The notes under the pieces: generated by a model | Database searches by the model: none | What the model was told of the DNA's origin: nothing | What the model saw: only the letters and a program-made list of their open reading frames with translations | Origin: Auanema rhodensis | Taxonomy: Eukaryota; Animalia; Nematoda | Direction: 5' to 3' | Length of the DNA stretch: 64,000 nt | Assembly (NCBI GenBank): GCA_964057225.1 | Contig: OZ059900.1 | Location: forward strand, 20,212,001-20,276,000 | Made by a program: the position numbers and the translations under genes | Shown here: in pieces, positions 13,277 to 26,956 of the stretch | How positions within the stretch are numbered: the first letter of the stretch is position 1 | Layout of the letters: every line of letters begins with the position of its first letter

Positions 13277-14986
13277 AACACTAGAAAAATACAAAAACAC
13301 AGTATTTCCCATGAGAAATATTTTATTATGCTGGAAAACCAGTTTTTGGAAATTTCGCTGTAAACAAGGTTTTGACTTACGATTTCATGTGTTCAAACTC
13401 ATGCAATGTCAATGAAACCTAGCTCAAAATTGTTCGTACAACGTCTAGTTCCACTTTCACGACAAAAAAACAGGGGTTAGAAAATTAAGGAAATTAGCAT
13501 ATTCTGAGGGCACGCCCCTTATGGCTAATATTGATTAAATCGATTTTTGTTCAAATGAGTCGTCAAATGCAACGAATTTCAGCGTGTTACATACTAAAAT
13601 GAAGGATTTTACATGCTGAACACTAGAAAAATACAAAAACACAGTATTTCCCATGAGAAATATTTTATTATGCTGGAAAACCAGTTTTTGGAAATTTCGC
13701 TGTAAACAAGGTTTTGACTTACGATTTCATGTGTTCAAACTCATGCAATGTCAATGAAACCTAGCTCAAAATTGTTCGTACAACGTCTAGTTCCACTTTC
13801 ACGACAAAAAAACAGGGGTTAGAAAATTAAGGAAATTAGCATATTCTGAGGGCACGCCCCTTATGGCTAATATTGATTAAATCGATTTTTGTTCATATGA
13901 GTCGTCAAATGCAACGAATTTCAGCGTGTTACATACTAAAATGAAGCATTTTACATGCTGAACACTAGAAAAATACAAAAACACAGTATTTCCCATGAGA
14001 AATATTTTATTATGCTGGAAAACCAGTTTTTGGAAATTTCGCTGTAAACAAGGTTTTGACTTACGATTTCATGTGTTCAAACTCATGCAATGTCAATGAA
14101 ACCTAGCTCAAAATTGTTCGTACAACGTCTGGTTCCACTTTCACGACAAAAAAACAGGGGTTAGAAAATTAAGGAAATTAGCATATTCTGAGGGCACGCC
14201 CCTTATGGCTAATATTGATTAAATCGATTTTTGTTCATATGAGTCGTCAAATGCAACGAATTTCAGCGTGTTACATACTAAAATGAAGCATTTTACATGC
14301 TGAACACTAGAAAAATACAAAAACACAGTATTTCCCATGAGAAATATTTTATTATGCTGGAAAACCAGTTTTTGGAAATTTCGCTGTAAACAAGGTTTTG
14401 ACTTACGATTTCATGTGTTCAAACTCATGCAATGTCAATGAAACCTAGCTCAAAATTGTTCGTACAACGTCTAGTTCCACTTTCACGACAAAAAAACAGG
14501 GGTTAGAAAATTAAGGAAATTAGCATATTCTGAGGGCACGCCCCTTATGGCTAATATTGATTAAATCGATTTTTGTTCAAATGAGTCGTCAAATGCAACG
14601 AATTTCAGCGTGTTACATACTAAAATGAAGGATTTTACATGCTGAACACTAGAAAAATACAAAAACACAGTATTTCCCATGAGAAATATTTTATTATGCT
14701 GGAAAACCAGTTTTTGGAAATTTCGCTGTAAACAAGGTTTTGACTTACGATTTCATGTGTTCAAACTCATGCAATGTCAATGAAACCTAGCTCAAAATTG
14801 TTCGTACAACGTCTAGTTCCACTTTCACGACAAAAAAACAGGGGTTAGAAAATTAAGGAAATTAGCATATTCTGAGGGCACGCCCCTTATGGCTAATATT
14901 GATTAAATCGATTTTTGTTCATATGAGTCGTCAAATGCAACGAATTTCAGCGTGTTACATACTAAAATGAAGCATTTTACATGCTG
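12593..14986 (+). repeat. 3-monomer tandem duplication, period 1026 bp
   Basis: CTGGTT monomers at 12935 and 13961 are each followed by a TCAAATGAG+GAAGGATT monomer (13277, 14303) and then a consensus monomer. Confidence 0.88.
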
Positions 14987-17900
14987 AACACTAGAAAAAT
15001 ACAAAAACACAGTATTTCCCATGAGAAATATTTTATTATGCTGGAAAACCAGTTTTTGGAAATTTCGCTGTAAACAAGGTTTTGACTTACGATTTCATGT
15101 GTTCAAACTCATGCAATGTCAATGAAGCCTAGCTCAAAATTGTTCGTACAACGTCTAGTTCCACTTTCACGACAAAAAAACAAGGGTTAGAAAATTAAGG
15201 AAATTAGCATATTCTGAGGGCACGCCCCTTATGGCTAATATTGATTAAATCGATTTTTGTTCATATGAGTCGTCAAATGCAACGAATTTCAGCGTGTTAC
15301 ATACTAAAATGAAGCATTTTACATGCTGAACACTAGAAAAATACAAAAACACAGTATTTCCCATGAGAAATATTTTATTATGCTGGAAAACCAGTTTTTG
15401 GAAATTTCGCTGTAAACAAGGTTTTGACTTACGATTTCATGTGTTCAAACTCATGCAATGTCAATGAAACCTAGCTCAAAATTGTTCGTACAACGTCTAG
15501 TTCCACTTTCACGACAAAAAAACAGGGGTTAGAAAATTAGGGAAATTAGCATATTCTGAGGGCACGCCCCTTATGGCTAATATTGATTAAATCGATTTTT
15601 GTTCATATGAATCGTCAAATGCAACGAATTTCAGCGTGTTACATACTAAAATGAAGCATTTTACATGCTGAACACTAGAAAAATACAAAAACACAGTATT
15701 TCCCATGAGAAATATTTTATTATGCTGGAAAACCAGTTTTTGGAAATTTCGCTGTAAACAAGGTTTTGACTTACGATTTCATGTGTTCAAACTCATGCAA
15801 TGTCAATGAAACCTAGCTCAAAATTGTTCGTACAACGTCTAGTTCCACTTTCACGACAAAAAAACAGGGGTTAGAAAATTAAGGAAATTAGCATATTCTG
15901 AGGGCACGCCCCTTATGGCTAATATTGATTAAATCGATTTTTGTTCATATGAGTCGTCAAATGCAACGAATTTCAGCGTGTTACATACTAAAATGAAGCA
16001 TTTTACATGCTGAACACTAGAAAAATACAAAAACACAGTATTTCCCATGAGAAATATTTTATTATGCTGGAAAACCAGTTTTTGAAAATTTCGCTGTAAA
16101 CAAGGTTTTGACTTACGATTTCATGTGTTCAAACTCATGCAATGTCAATGAAACCTAGCTCAAAATTGTTCGTACAACGTCTAGTTCCACTTTCACGATA
16201 AAAAAACAGGGGTTAGAAAATTAGGGAAATTAGCATATTCTGAGGGCACGCCCCTTATGGCTAATATTGATTAAATCGATTTTTGTTCATATGAATCGTC
16301 AAATGCAACGAATTTCAGCGTGTTACATACTAAAATAAAGCATTTTACATGCTGAACACTAGAAAAATACAAAAACACAGTATTTCCCATGAGAAATATT
16401 TTATTATGCTGGAAAACCAGTTTTTGGAAATTTCGCTGTAAACAAGGTTTTGACTTACGATTTCATGTGTTCAAACTCATGCAATGTCAATGAAACCTAG
16501 CTCAAAATTGTTCGTACAACGTCTAGTTCCACTTTCACGACAAAAAAACAGGGGTTAGAAAATTAAGGAAATTAGCATATTCTGAGGGCACGCCCCTTAT
16601 GGCTAATATTGATTAAATCGATTTTTGTTCATATGAGTCGTCAAATGCAACGAATTTCAGCGTGTTACATACTAAAATGAAGCATTTTACATGCTGAACA
16701 CTAGAAAAATACAAAAACACAGTATTTCCCATGAGAAATATTTTATTATGCTGGAAAACCAGTTTTTGGAAATTTCGCTGTAAACAAGGTTTTGACTTAC
16801 GATTTCATGTGTTCAAACTCATGCAATGTCAATGAAACCTAGCTCAAAATTGTTCGTACAACGTCTAGTTCCACTTTCACGACAAAAAAACAGGGGTTAG
16901 AAAATTAGGGAAATTAGCATATTCTGAGGGCACGCCCCTTATGGCTAATATTGATTAAATCGATTTTTGTTCATATGAATCGTCAAATGCAACGAATTTC
17001 AGCGTGTTACATACTAAAATGAAGCATTTTACATGCTGAACACTAGAAAAATACAAAAACACAGTATTTCCCATGAGAAATATTTTATTATGCTGGAAAA
17101 CCAGTTTTTGGAAATTTCGCTGTAAACAAGGTTTTGACTTACGATTTCATGTGTTCAAACTCATGCAATGTCAATGAAGCCTAGCTCAATATTGTTCGTA
17201 CAACGTCTAGTTCCACTTTCACGACAAAAAAACAAGGGTTAGAAAATTAAGGAAATTAGCATATTCTGAGGGCACGCCCCTTATGGCTAATATTGATTAA
17301 ATCGATTTTTGTTCATATGAGTCGTCAAATGCAACGAATTTCAGCGTGTTACATACTAAAATGAAGCATTTTACATGCTGAACACTAGAAAAATACAAAA
17401 ACACAGTATTTCCCATGAGAAATATTTTATTATGCTGGAAAACCAGTTTTTGGAAATTTCGCTGTAAACAAGGTTTTGACTTACGATTTCATGTGTTCAA
17501 ACTCATGCAATGTCAATGAAACCTAGCTCAAAATTGTTCGTACAACGTCTAGTTCCACTTTCACGACAAAAAAAGAGGGGTTAGAAAATTAGGGAAATTA
17601 GCATATTCTGAGGGCACGCCCCTTATGGCTAATATTGATTAAATCGATTTTTGTTCATATGAATCGTCAAATGCAACGAATTTCAGCGTGTTACATACTA
17701 AAATGAAGCATTTTACATGCTGAACACTAGAAAAATACAAAAACACAGTATTTCCCATGAGAAATATTTTATTATGCTGGAAAACCAGTTTTTGGAAATT
17801 TCGCTGTAAACAAGGTTTTGACTTACGATTTCATGTGTTCAAACTCATGCAATGTCAATGAAACCTAGCTCAAAATTGTTCGTACAACGTCTAGTTCCAC

Positions 17901-20900
17901 TTTCACGACAAAAAAACAGGGGTTAGAAAATTAAGGAAATTAGCATATTCTGAGGGCACGCCCCTTATGGCTAATATTGATTAAATCGATTTTTGTTCAT
18001 ATGAGTCGTCAAATGCAACGAATTTCAGCGTGTTACATACTAAAATGAAGCATTTTACATGCTGAACACTAGAAAAATACAAAAACACAGTATTTCCCAT
18101 GAGAAATATTTTATTATGCTGGAAAACCAGTTTTTGAAAATTTCGCTGTAAACAAGGTTTTGACTTACGATTTCATGTGTTCAAACTCATGCAATGTCAA
18201 TGAAACCTAGCTCAAAATTGTTCGTACAACGTCTAGTTCCACTTTCACGATAAAAAAACAGGGGTTAGAAAATTAGGGAAATTAGCATATTCTGAGGGCA
18301 CGCCCCTTATGGCTAATATTGATTAAATCGATTTTTGTTCATATGAATCGTCAAATGCAACGAATTTCAGCGTGTTACATACTAAAATGAAGCATTTTAC
18401 ATGCTGAACACTAGAAAAATACAAAAACACAGTATTTCCCATGAGAAATATTTTATTATGCTGGAAAACCAGTTTTTGGAAATTTCGCTGTAAGCAAGGT
18501 TTTGACTTACGATTTCATGTGTTCAAACTCATGCAATGTCAATGAAACCTAGCTCAAAATTGTTCGTACAACGTCTAGTTCCACTTTCACGACAAAAAAA
18601 CAGGGGTTAGAAAATTAGGGAAATTAGCATATTCTGAGGGCACGCCCCTTATGGCTAATATTGATTAAATCGATTTTTGTTCATATGAGTCGTCAAATGC
18701 AACGAATTTCAGCGTGTTACATACTAAAATGAAGCATTTTACATGCTGAACACTAGAAAAATACAAAAACACAGTATTTCCCATGAGAAATATTTTATTA
18801 TGCTGGAAAACCAGTTTTTGGAAATTTCGCTGTAAACAAGGTTTTGACTTACGATTTCATGTGTTCAAACTCATGCAATGTCAATGAAACCTAGCTCAAA
18901 ATTGTTCGTACAACGTCTAGTTCCACTTTCACGACAAAAAAACAGGGGTTAGAAAATTAAGGAAATTAGCATATTCTGAGGGCACGCCCCTTATGGCTAA
19001 TATTGATTAAATCGATTTTTGTTCATATGAGTCGTCAAATGCAACGAATTTCAGCGTGTTACATACTAAAATGAAGGATTTTACATGCTGAACACTAGAA
19101 AAATACAAAAACACAGTATTTCCCATGAGAAATATTTTATTATGCTGGAAAACCAGTTTTTGGAAATTTCGCTGTAAACAAGGTTTTGACTTACGATTTC
19201 ATGTGTTCAAACTCATGCAATGTCAATGAAACCTAGCTCAAAATTGTTCGTACAACGTCTAGTTCCACTTTCACGACAAAAAAACAGGGGTTAGAAAATT
19301 AAGGAAATTAGCATATTCTGAGGGCACGCCCCTTATGGCTAATATTGATTAAATCGATTTTTGTTCATATGAGTCGTCAAATGCAACGAATTTCAGCGTG
19401 TTACATACTAAAATGAAGCATTTTACATGTTGAACACTAGAAAAATACAAAAACACAGTATTTCCCATGAGAAATATTTTATTATGCTGGAAAACCAGTT
19501 TTTGGAAATTTCGCTGTAAACAAGGTTTTGACTTACGATTTCATGTGTTCAAACTCATGCAATGTCAATGAAGCCTAGCTCAAAATTGTTCGTACAACGT
19601 CTAGTTCCACTTTCACGACAAAAAAACAAGGGTTAGAAAATTAAGGAAATTAGCATATTCTGAGGGCACGCCCCTTATGGCTAATATTGATTAAATCGAT
19701 TTTTGTTCATATGAGTCGTCAAATGCAACGAATTTCAGCGTGTTACATACTAAAATGAAGCATTTTACATGCTGAACACTAGAAAAATAAAAAAACACAG
19801 TATTTCCCATGAGAAATATTTTATTATGCTGGAAAACCAGTTTTTGGAAATTTCGCTGTAAACAAGGTTTTGACTTACGATTTCATGTGTTCAAACTCAT
19901 GCAATGTCAATGAAACCTAGCTCAAAATTGTTCGTACAACGTCTAGTTCCACTTCGACGACAAAAAAACAGGGGTTAGAAAATTAAGGAAATTAGCATAT
20001 TCTGAGGGCACGCCCCTTATGGCTAATATTGATTAAATCGATTTTTGTTCATATGAGTCGTCAAATGCAACCAATTTCAGCGTGTTACATACTAAAATGA
20101 AGCATTTTGCATGCTGAACACTAGAAAAATACAAAAACACAGTATTTCCCATGAGAAATATTTTATTATGCTGGAAAACCAGTTTTTGAAAATTTCGCTG
20201 TAAACAAGGTTTTGACTTACGATTTCATGTGTTCAAACTCATGCAATGTCAATGAAACCTAGCTCAAAATTGTTCGTACAACGTCTAGTTCCACTTTCAC
20301 GATAAAAAAACAGGGGTTAGAAAATTAGGGAAATTAGCATATTCTGAGGGCACGCCCCTTATGGCTAATATTGATTAAATCGATTTTTGTTCATATGAAT
20401 CGTCAAATGCAACGAATTTCAGCGTGTTACATACTAAAATGAAGCATTTTACATGCTGAACACTAGAAAAATACAAAAACACAGTATTTCCCATGAGAAA
20501 TATTTTATTATGCTGGAAAACCAGTTTTTGGAAATTTCGCTGTAAGCAAGGTTTTGACTTACGATTTCATGTGTTCAAACTCATGCAATGTCAATGAAAC
20601 CTAGCTCAAAATTGTTCGTACAACGTCTAGTTCCACTTTCACGACAAAAAAACAGGGGTTAGAAAATTAGGGAAATTAGCATATTCTGAGGGCACGCCCC
20701 TTATGGCTAATATTGATTAAATCGATTTTTGTTCATATGAGTCGTCAAATGCAACGAATTTCAGCGTGTTACATACTAAAATGAAGGATTTTACATGCTG
20801 AACACTAGAAAAATACAAAAACACAGTATTTCCCATGAGAAATATTTTATTATGCTGGAAAACCAGTTTTTGGAAATTTCGCTGTAAACAAGGTTTTGAC

Positions 20901-21484
20901 TTACGATTTCATGTGTTCAAACTCATGCAATGTCAATGAAACCTAGCTCAAAATTGTTCGTACAACGTCTAGTTCCACTTTCACGACAAAAAAACAGGGG
21001 TTAGAAAATTAAGGAAATTAGCATATTCTGAGGGCACGCCCCTTATGGCTAATATTGATTAAATCGATTTTTGTTCATATGAGTCGTCAAATGCAACGAA
21101 TTTCAGCGTGTTACATACTAAAATGAAGCATTTTACATGTTGAACACTAGAAAAATACAAAAACACAGTATTTCCCATGAGAAATATTTTATTATGCTGG
21201 AAAACCAGTTTTTGGAAATTTCGCTGTAAACAAGGTTTTGACTTACGATTTCATGTGTTCAAACTCATGCAATGTCAATGAAGCCTAGCTCAAAATTGTT
21301 CGTACAACGTCTAGTTCCACTTTCACGACAAAAAAACAAGGGTTAGAAAATTAAGGAAATTAGCATATTCTGAGGGCACGCCCCTTATGGCTAATATTGA
21401 TTAAATCGATTTTTGTTCATATGAGTCGTCAAATGCAACGAATTTCAGCGTGTTACATACTAAAATGAAGCATTTTACATGCTG
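14987..21484 (+). repeat. Degenerate hexamer HOR, period 2052 bp
   Basis: The monomer type TTGAAAA+CGATAA+TAGGG+GAATCG starts at 16013, 18065 and 20117. AAGCCT+CAAGGG monomers at 14987 and 17039 are in the same phase; those at 19433 and 21143 are shifted. Confidence 0.72.
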
Positions 21485-22852
21485 AACACTAGAAAAATAC
21501 AAAAACACAGTATTTCCCATGAGAAATATTTTATTATGCTGGAAAACCAGTTTTTGGAAATTTCGCTGTAAACAAGGTTTTGACTTACGATTTCATGTGT
21601 TCAAACTCATGCAATGTCAATGAAACCTAGCTCAAAATTGTTCGTACAACGTCTAGTTCCACTTTCACGACAAAAAAACAAGGGTTAGAAAATTAAGGAA
21701 ATTAGCATATTCTGAGGGCACGGTCCTTATGGCTAATATTGATTAAATCGATTTTTGTTCATATGACTCGTCAAATGCAACGAATTTCAGCGTGTTACAT
21801 ACTAAAATGAAGCATTTTACATGCTGAACACTAGAAAAATACAAAAACACAGTATTTCCCATGAGAAATATTTTATTATGCTGGAAAACCAGTTTTTGGA
21901 AATTTCGCTGTAAACAAGGTTTTGACTTACGATTTCATGTGTTCAAACTCATGCAATGTCAATGAAACCTAGCTCAAAATTGTTCGTACAACGTCTAGTT
22001 CCACTTTCACGACAAAAAAACAGGGGTTAGAAAATTAAGGAAATTAGCATATTCTGAGGGCACGCCCCTTATGGCTAATATTGATTAAATCGATTTTTGT
22101 TCATATGAGTCGTCAAATGCAACGAATTTCAGCGTGTTACATACTAAAATGAAGCATTTTACATGCTGAACACTAGAAAAATACAAAAACACAGTATTTC
22201 CCATGAGAAATATTTTATTATGCTGGAAAACCAGTTTTTGGAAATTTCGCTGTAAACAAGGTTTTGACTTACGATTTCATGTGTTCAAACTCATGCAATG
22301 TCAATGAAACCTAGCTCAAAATTGTTCGTACAACGTCTAGTTCCACTTTCACGACAAAAAAACAGGTGTTAGAAAATTAAGGAAATTAGCATATTCTGAG
22401 GGCACGCCCCTTATGGCTAATATTGATTAAATCGATTTTTGTTCATATGAGTCGTCAAATGCAACGAATTTCAGCGTGTTACATACTAAAATGAAGCATT
22501 TTACATGCTGAACACTAGAAAAATACAAAAACACAGTATTTCCCATGAGAAATATTTTATTATGCTGGAAAACCAGTTTTTGGAAATTTCGCTGTAAACA
22601 AGGTTTTGACTTACGATTTCATGTGTTCAAACTCATGCAATGTCAATGAAACCTAGCTCAAAATTGTTCGTACAACGTCTAGTTCCACTTTCACGACAAA
22701 AAAACAGGGGTTAGAAAATTAAGGAAATTAGCATATTCTGAGGGCACGCCCCTTATGGCTAATATTGATTAAATCGATTTTTGTTCATATGAGTCGTCAA
22801 ATGCAACGAATTTCAGCGTGTTACATACTAAAATGAAGCATTTTACATGCTG

Positions 22853-25800
22853 AACACTAGAAAAATACAAAAACACAGTATTTCCCACGAGAAATATTTT
22901 ATTATGCTGGAAAACCAGTTTTTGGAAATTTCGGTGTAAACAAGGTTTTGACTTACGATTTCATGTGTTCAAACTCATGCAATGTCAATGAAACCTAGCT
23001 CAAAATTGTTCGTACAACGTCTAGTTCCACTTTCACGACAAAAAAACAGGGGTTAGAAAATTAAGGAAATTAGCATATTCTGAGGGCACGCCCCTTATGG
23101 CTAATATTGATTAAATCGATTTTTGTTCATATGAGTCGTCAAATGCAACGAATTTCAGCGTGTTACATACTAAAATGAAGCATTTTACATGCTGAACACT
23201 AGAAAAATACAAAAACACAGTATTTCCCATGAGAAATATTTTATTATGCTGGAAAACCAGTTTTTGGAAATTTCGCTGTAAACAAGGTTTTGACTTACGA
23301 TTTCATGTGTTCAAACTCATGCAATGTCAATGAAACCTAGCTCAAAATTGTTCGTACAACGTCTAGTTCCACTTTCACGACAAAAAAACAGGGGTTAGAA
23401 AATTAAGGAAATTAGCATATTCTGAGGGCACGCCCCTTATGGCTAATATTGATTAAATCGATTTTTGTTCATATGAGTCGTCAAATGCAACGAATTTCAG
23501 CGTGTTACATACTAAAATGAAGCATTTTACATGCTGAACACTAGAAAAATACAAAAACACAGTATTTCCCATGAGAAATATTTTATTATGCTGGAAAACC
23601 AGTTTTTGGAAATTTCGCTGTAAACAAGGTTTTGACTTACGATTTCATGTGTTCAAACTCATGCAATGTCAATGAAACCTAGCTCAAAATTGTTCGTACA
23701 ACGTCTAGTTCCACTTTCACGACAAAAAAACAGGGGTTAGAAAATTAAGGAAATTAGCATATTCTGAGGGCACGCCCCTTATGGCTAATATTGATTAAAT
23801 CGATTTTTGTTCATATGAGTCGCCAAATGCAACGAATTTCAGCGTGTTACATACTAAAATGAAGCATTTTACATGCTGAACACTAGAAAAATACAAAAAC
23901 ACAGTATTTCCCATGAGAAATATTTTATTATGCTGGAAAACCAGTTTTTAGAAATTTCGGTGTAAACAAGGTTTTGACTTACGATTTCATGTGTTCAAAC
24001 TCATGCAATGTCAATGAAACCTAGCTCAAAATTGTTCGTACAACGTCTAGTTCCACTTTCACGACAAAAAAACAGGGGTTAGAAAATTAAGGAAATTAGC
24101 ATATTCTGAGGGCACGCCCCTTATGGCTAATATTGATTAAATCGATTTTTGTTCATATGAGTCGTCAAATGCAACGAATTTCAGCGTGTTACATACTAAA
24201 ATGAAGCATTTTACATGCTGAACACTAGAAAAATACAAAAACACAGTATTTCCCATGAGAAATATTTTATTATGCTGGAAAACCAGTTTTTGGAAATTTC
24301 GCTGTAAACAAGGTTTTGACTTACGATTTCATGTGTTCAAACTCATGCAATGTCAATGAAACCTAGCTCAAAATTGTTCGTACAACGTCTAGTTCCACTT
24401 TCACGACAAAAAAACAGGGGTTAGAAAATTAAGGAAATTAGCATATTCTGAGGGCACGCCCCTTATGGCTAATATTGATTAAATCGATTTTTGTTCATAT
24501 GAGTCGCCAAATGCAACGAATTTCAGCGTGTTACATACTAAAATGAAGCATTTTACATGCTGAACACTAGAAAAATACAAAAACACACTATTTCCCATGA
24601 GAAATATTTTATTATGCTGGAAAACCAGTTTTTGGAAATTTCGGTGTAAACAAGGTTTTGACTTACGATTTCATGTGTTCAAACTCATTCAATGTCAATG
24701 AAACCTAGCTCAAAATTGTTCGTACAACGTCTAGTTCCACTTTCACGACAAAAAAACAGGGGTTAGAAAATTAAGGAAATTAGCATATTCTGAGGGCACG
24801 CCCCTTATGGCTAATATTGATTAAATCGATTTTTGTTCATATGAGTCGTCAAATGCAACGAATTTCAGCGTGTTACATACTAAAATGAAGCATTTTACAT
24901 GCTGAACACTAGAAAAATACAAAAACACAGTATTTCCCATGAGAAATATTTTATTATGCTGGAAAACCAGTTTTTGGAAATTTCGCTGTAAACAAGGTTT
25001 TGACTTACGATTTCATGTGTTCAAACTCATGCAATGTCAATGAAACCTAGCTCAAAATTGTTCGTACAACGTCTAGTTCCACTTTCACGACAAAAAAACA
25101 GGGGTTAGAAAATTAAGGAAATTAGCATATTCTGAGGGCACGCCCCTTATGGCTAATATTGATTAAATCGATTTTTGTTCATATGAGTCGTCAAATGCAA
25201 CGAATTTCAGCGTGTTACATACTAAAATGAAGCATTTTACATGCTGAACACTAGAAAAATACAAAAACACAGTATTTCCCACGAGAAATATTTTATTATG
25301 CTGGAAAACCAGTTTTTGGAAATTTCGGTGTAAACAAGGTTTTGACTTACGATTTCATGTGTTCAAACTCATGCAATGTCAATGAAACCTAGCTCAAAAT
25401 TGTTCGTACAACGTCTAGTTCCACTTTCACGACAAAAAAACAGGGGTTAGAAAATTAAGGAAATTAGCATATTCTGAGGGCACGCCCCTTATGGCTAATA
25501 TTGATTAAATCGATTTTTGTTCATATGAGTCGTCAAATGCAACGAATTTCAGCGTGTTACATACTAAAATGAAGCATTTTACATGCTGAACACTAGAAAA
25601 ATACAAAAACACAGTATTTCCCATGAGAAATATTTTATTATGCTGGAAAACCAGTTTTTGGAAATTTCGCTGTAAACAAGGTTTTGACTTACGATTTCAT
25701 GTGTTCAAACTCATGCAATGTCAATGAAACCTAGCTCAAAATTGTTCGTACAACGTCTAGTTCCACTTTCACGACAAAAAAACAGGGGTTAGAAAATTAA

Positions 25801-26956
25801 GGAAATTAGCATATTCTGAGGGCACGCCCCTTATGGCTAATATTGATTAAATCGATTTTTGTTCATATGAGTCGCCAAATGCAACGAATTTCAGCGTGTT
25901 ACATACTAAAATGAAGCATTTTACATGCTGAACACTAGAAAAATACAAAAACACAGTATTTCCCATGAGAAATATTTTATTATGCTGGAAAACCAGTTTT
26001 TGGAAATTTCGGTGTAAACAAGGTTTTGACTTACGATTTCATGTGTTCAAACTCATGCAATGTCAATGAAACCTAGCTCAAAATTGTTCGTACAACGTCT
26101 AGTTCCACTTTCACGACAAAAAAACAGGGGTTAGAAAATTAAGGAAATTAGCATATTCTGAGGGCACGCCCCTTATGGCTAATATTGATTAAATCGATTT
26201 TTGTTCATATGAGTCGTCAAATGCAACGAATTTCAGCGTGTTACATACTAAAATGAAGCATTTTACATGCTGAACACTAGAAAAATACAAAAACACAGTA
26301 TTTCCCATGAGAAATATTTTATTATGCTGGAAAACCAGTTTTTGGAAATTTCGCTGTAAACAAGGTTTTGACTTACGATTTCATGTGTTCAAACTCATGC
26401 AATGTCAATGAAACCTAGCTCAAAATTGTTCGTACAACGTCTAGTTCCACTTTCACGACAAAAAAACAGGGGTTAGAAAATTAAGGAAATTAGCATATTC
26501 TGAGGGCACGCCCCTTATGGCTAATATTGATTAAATCGATTTTTGTTCATATGAGTCGCCAAATGCAACGAATTTCAGCGTGTTACATACTAAAATGAAG
26601 CATTTTACATGCTGAACACTAGAAAAATACAAAAACACAGTATTTCCCATGAGTAATATTTTATTATGCTGGAAAACCAGTTTTTGGAAATTTCGGTGTA
26701 AACAAGGTTTTGACTTACGATTTCATGTGTTCAAACTCATTCAATGTCAATGAAACCTAGCTCAAAATTGTTCGTACAACGTCTAGTTCCACTTTCACGA
26801 CAAAAAAACAGGGGTTAGAAAATTAAGGAAATTAGCATATTCTGAGGGCACGCCCCTTATGGCTAATATTGATTAAATCGATTTTTGTTCATATGAGTCG
26901 TCAAATGCAACGAATTTCAGCGTGTTACATACTAAAATGAAGCATTTTACATGCTG
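22853..26956 (+). repeat. Dimer-like alternation of CGCCAA and TCGGTG variant monomers
   Basis: GTCGCCAAA in monomers at 23537, 24221, 25589, 26273. TTCGGTG in monomers at 22853, 23879, 24563, 25247, 25931, 26615. Confidence 0.8.
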
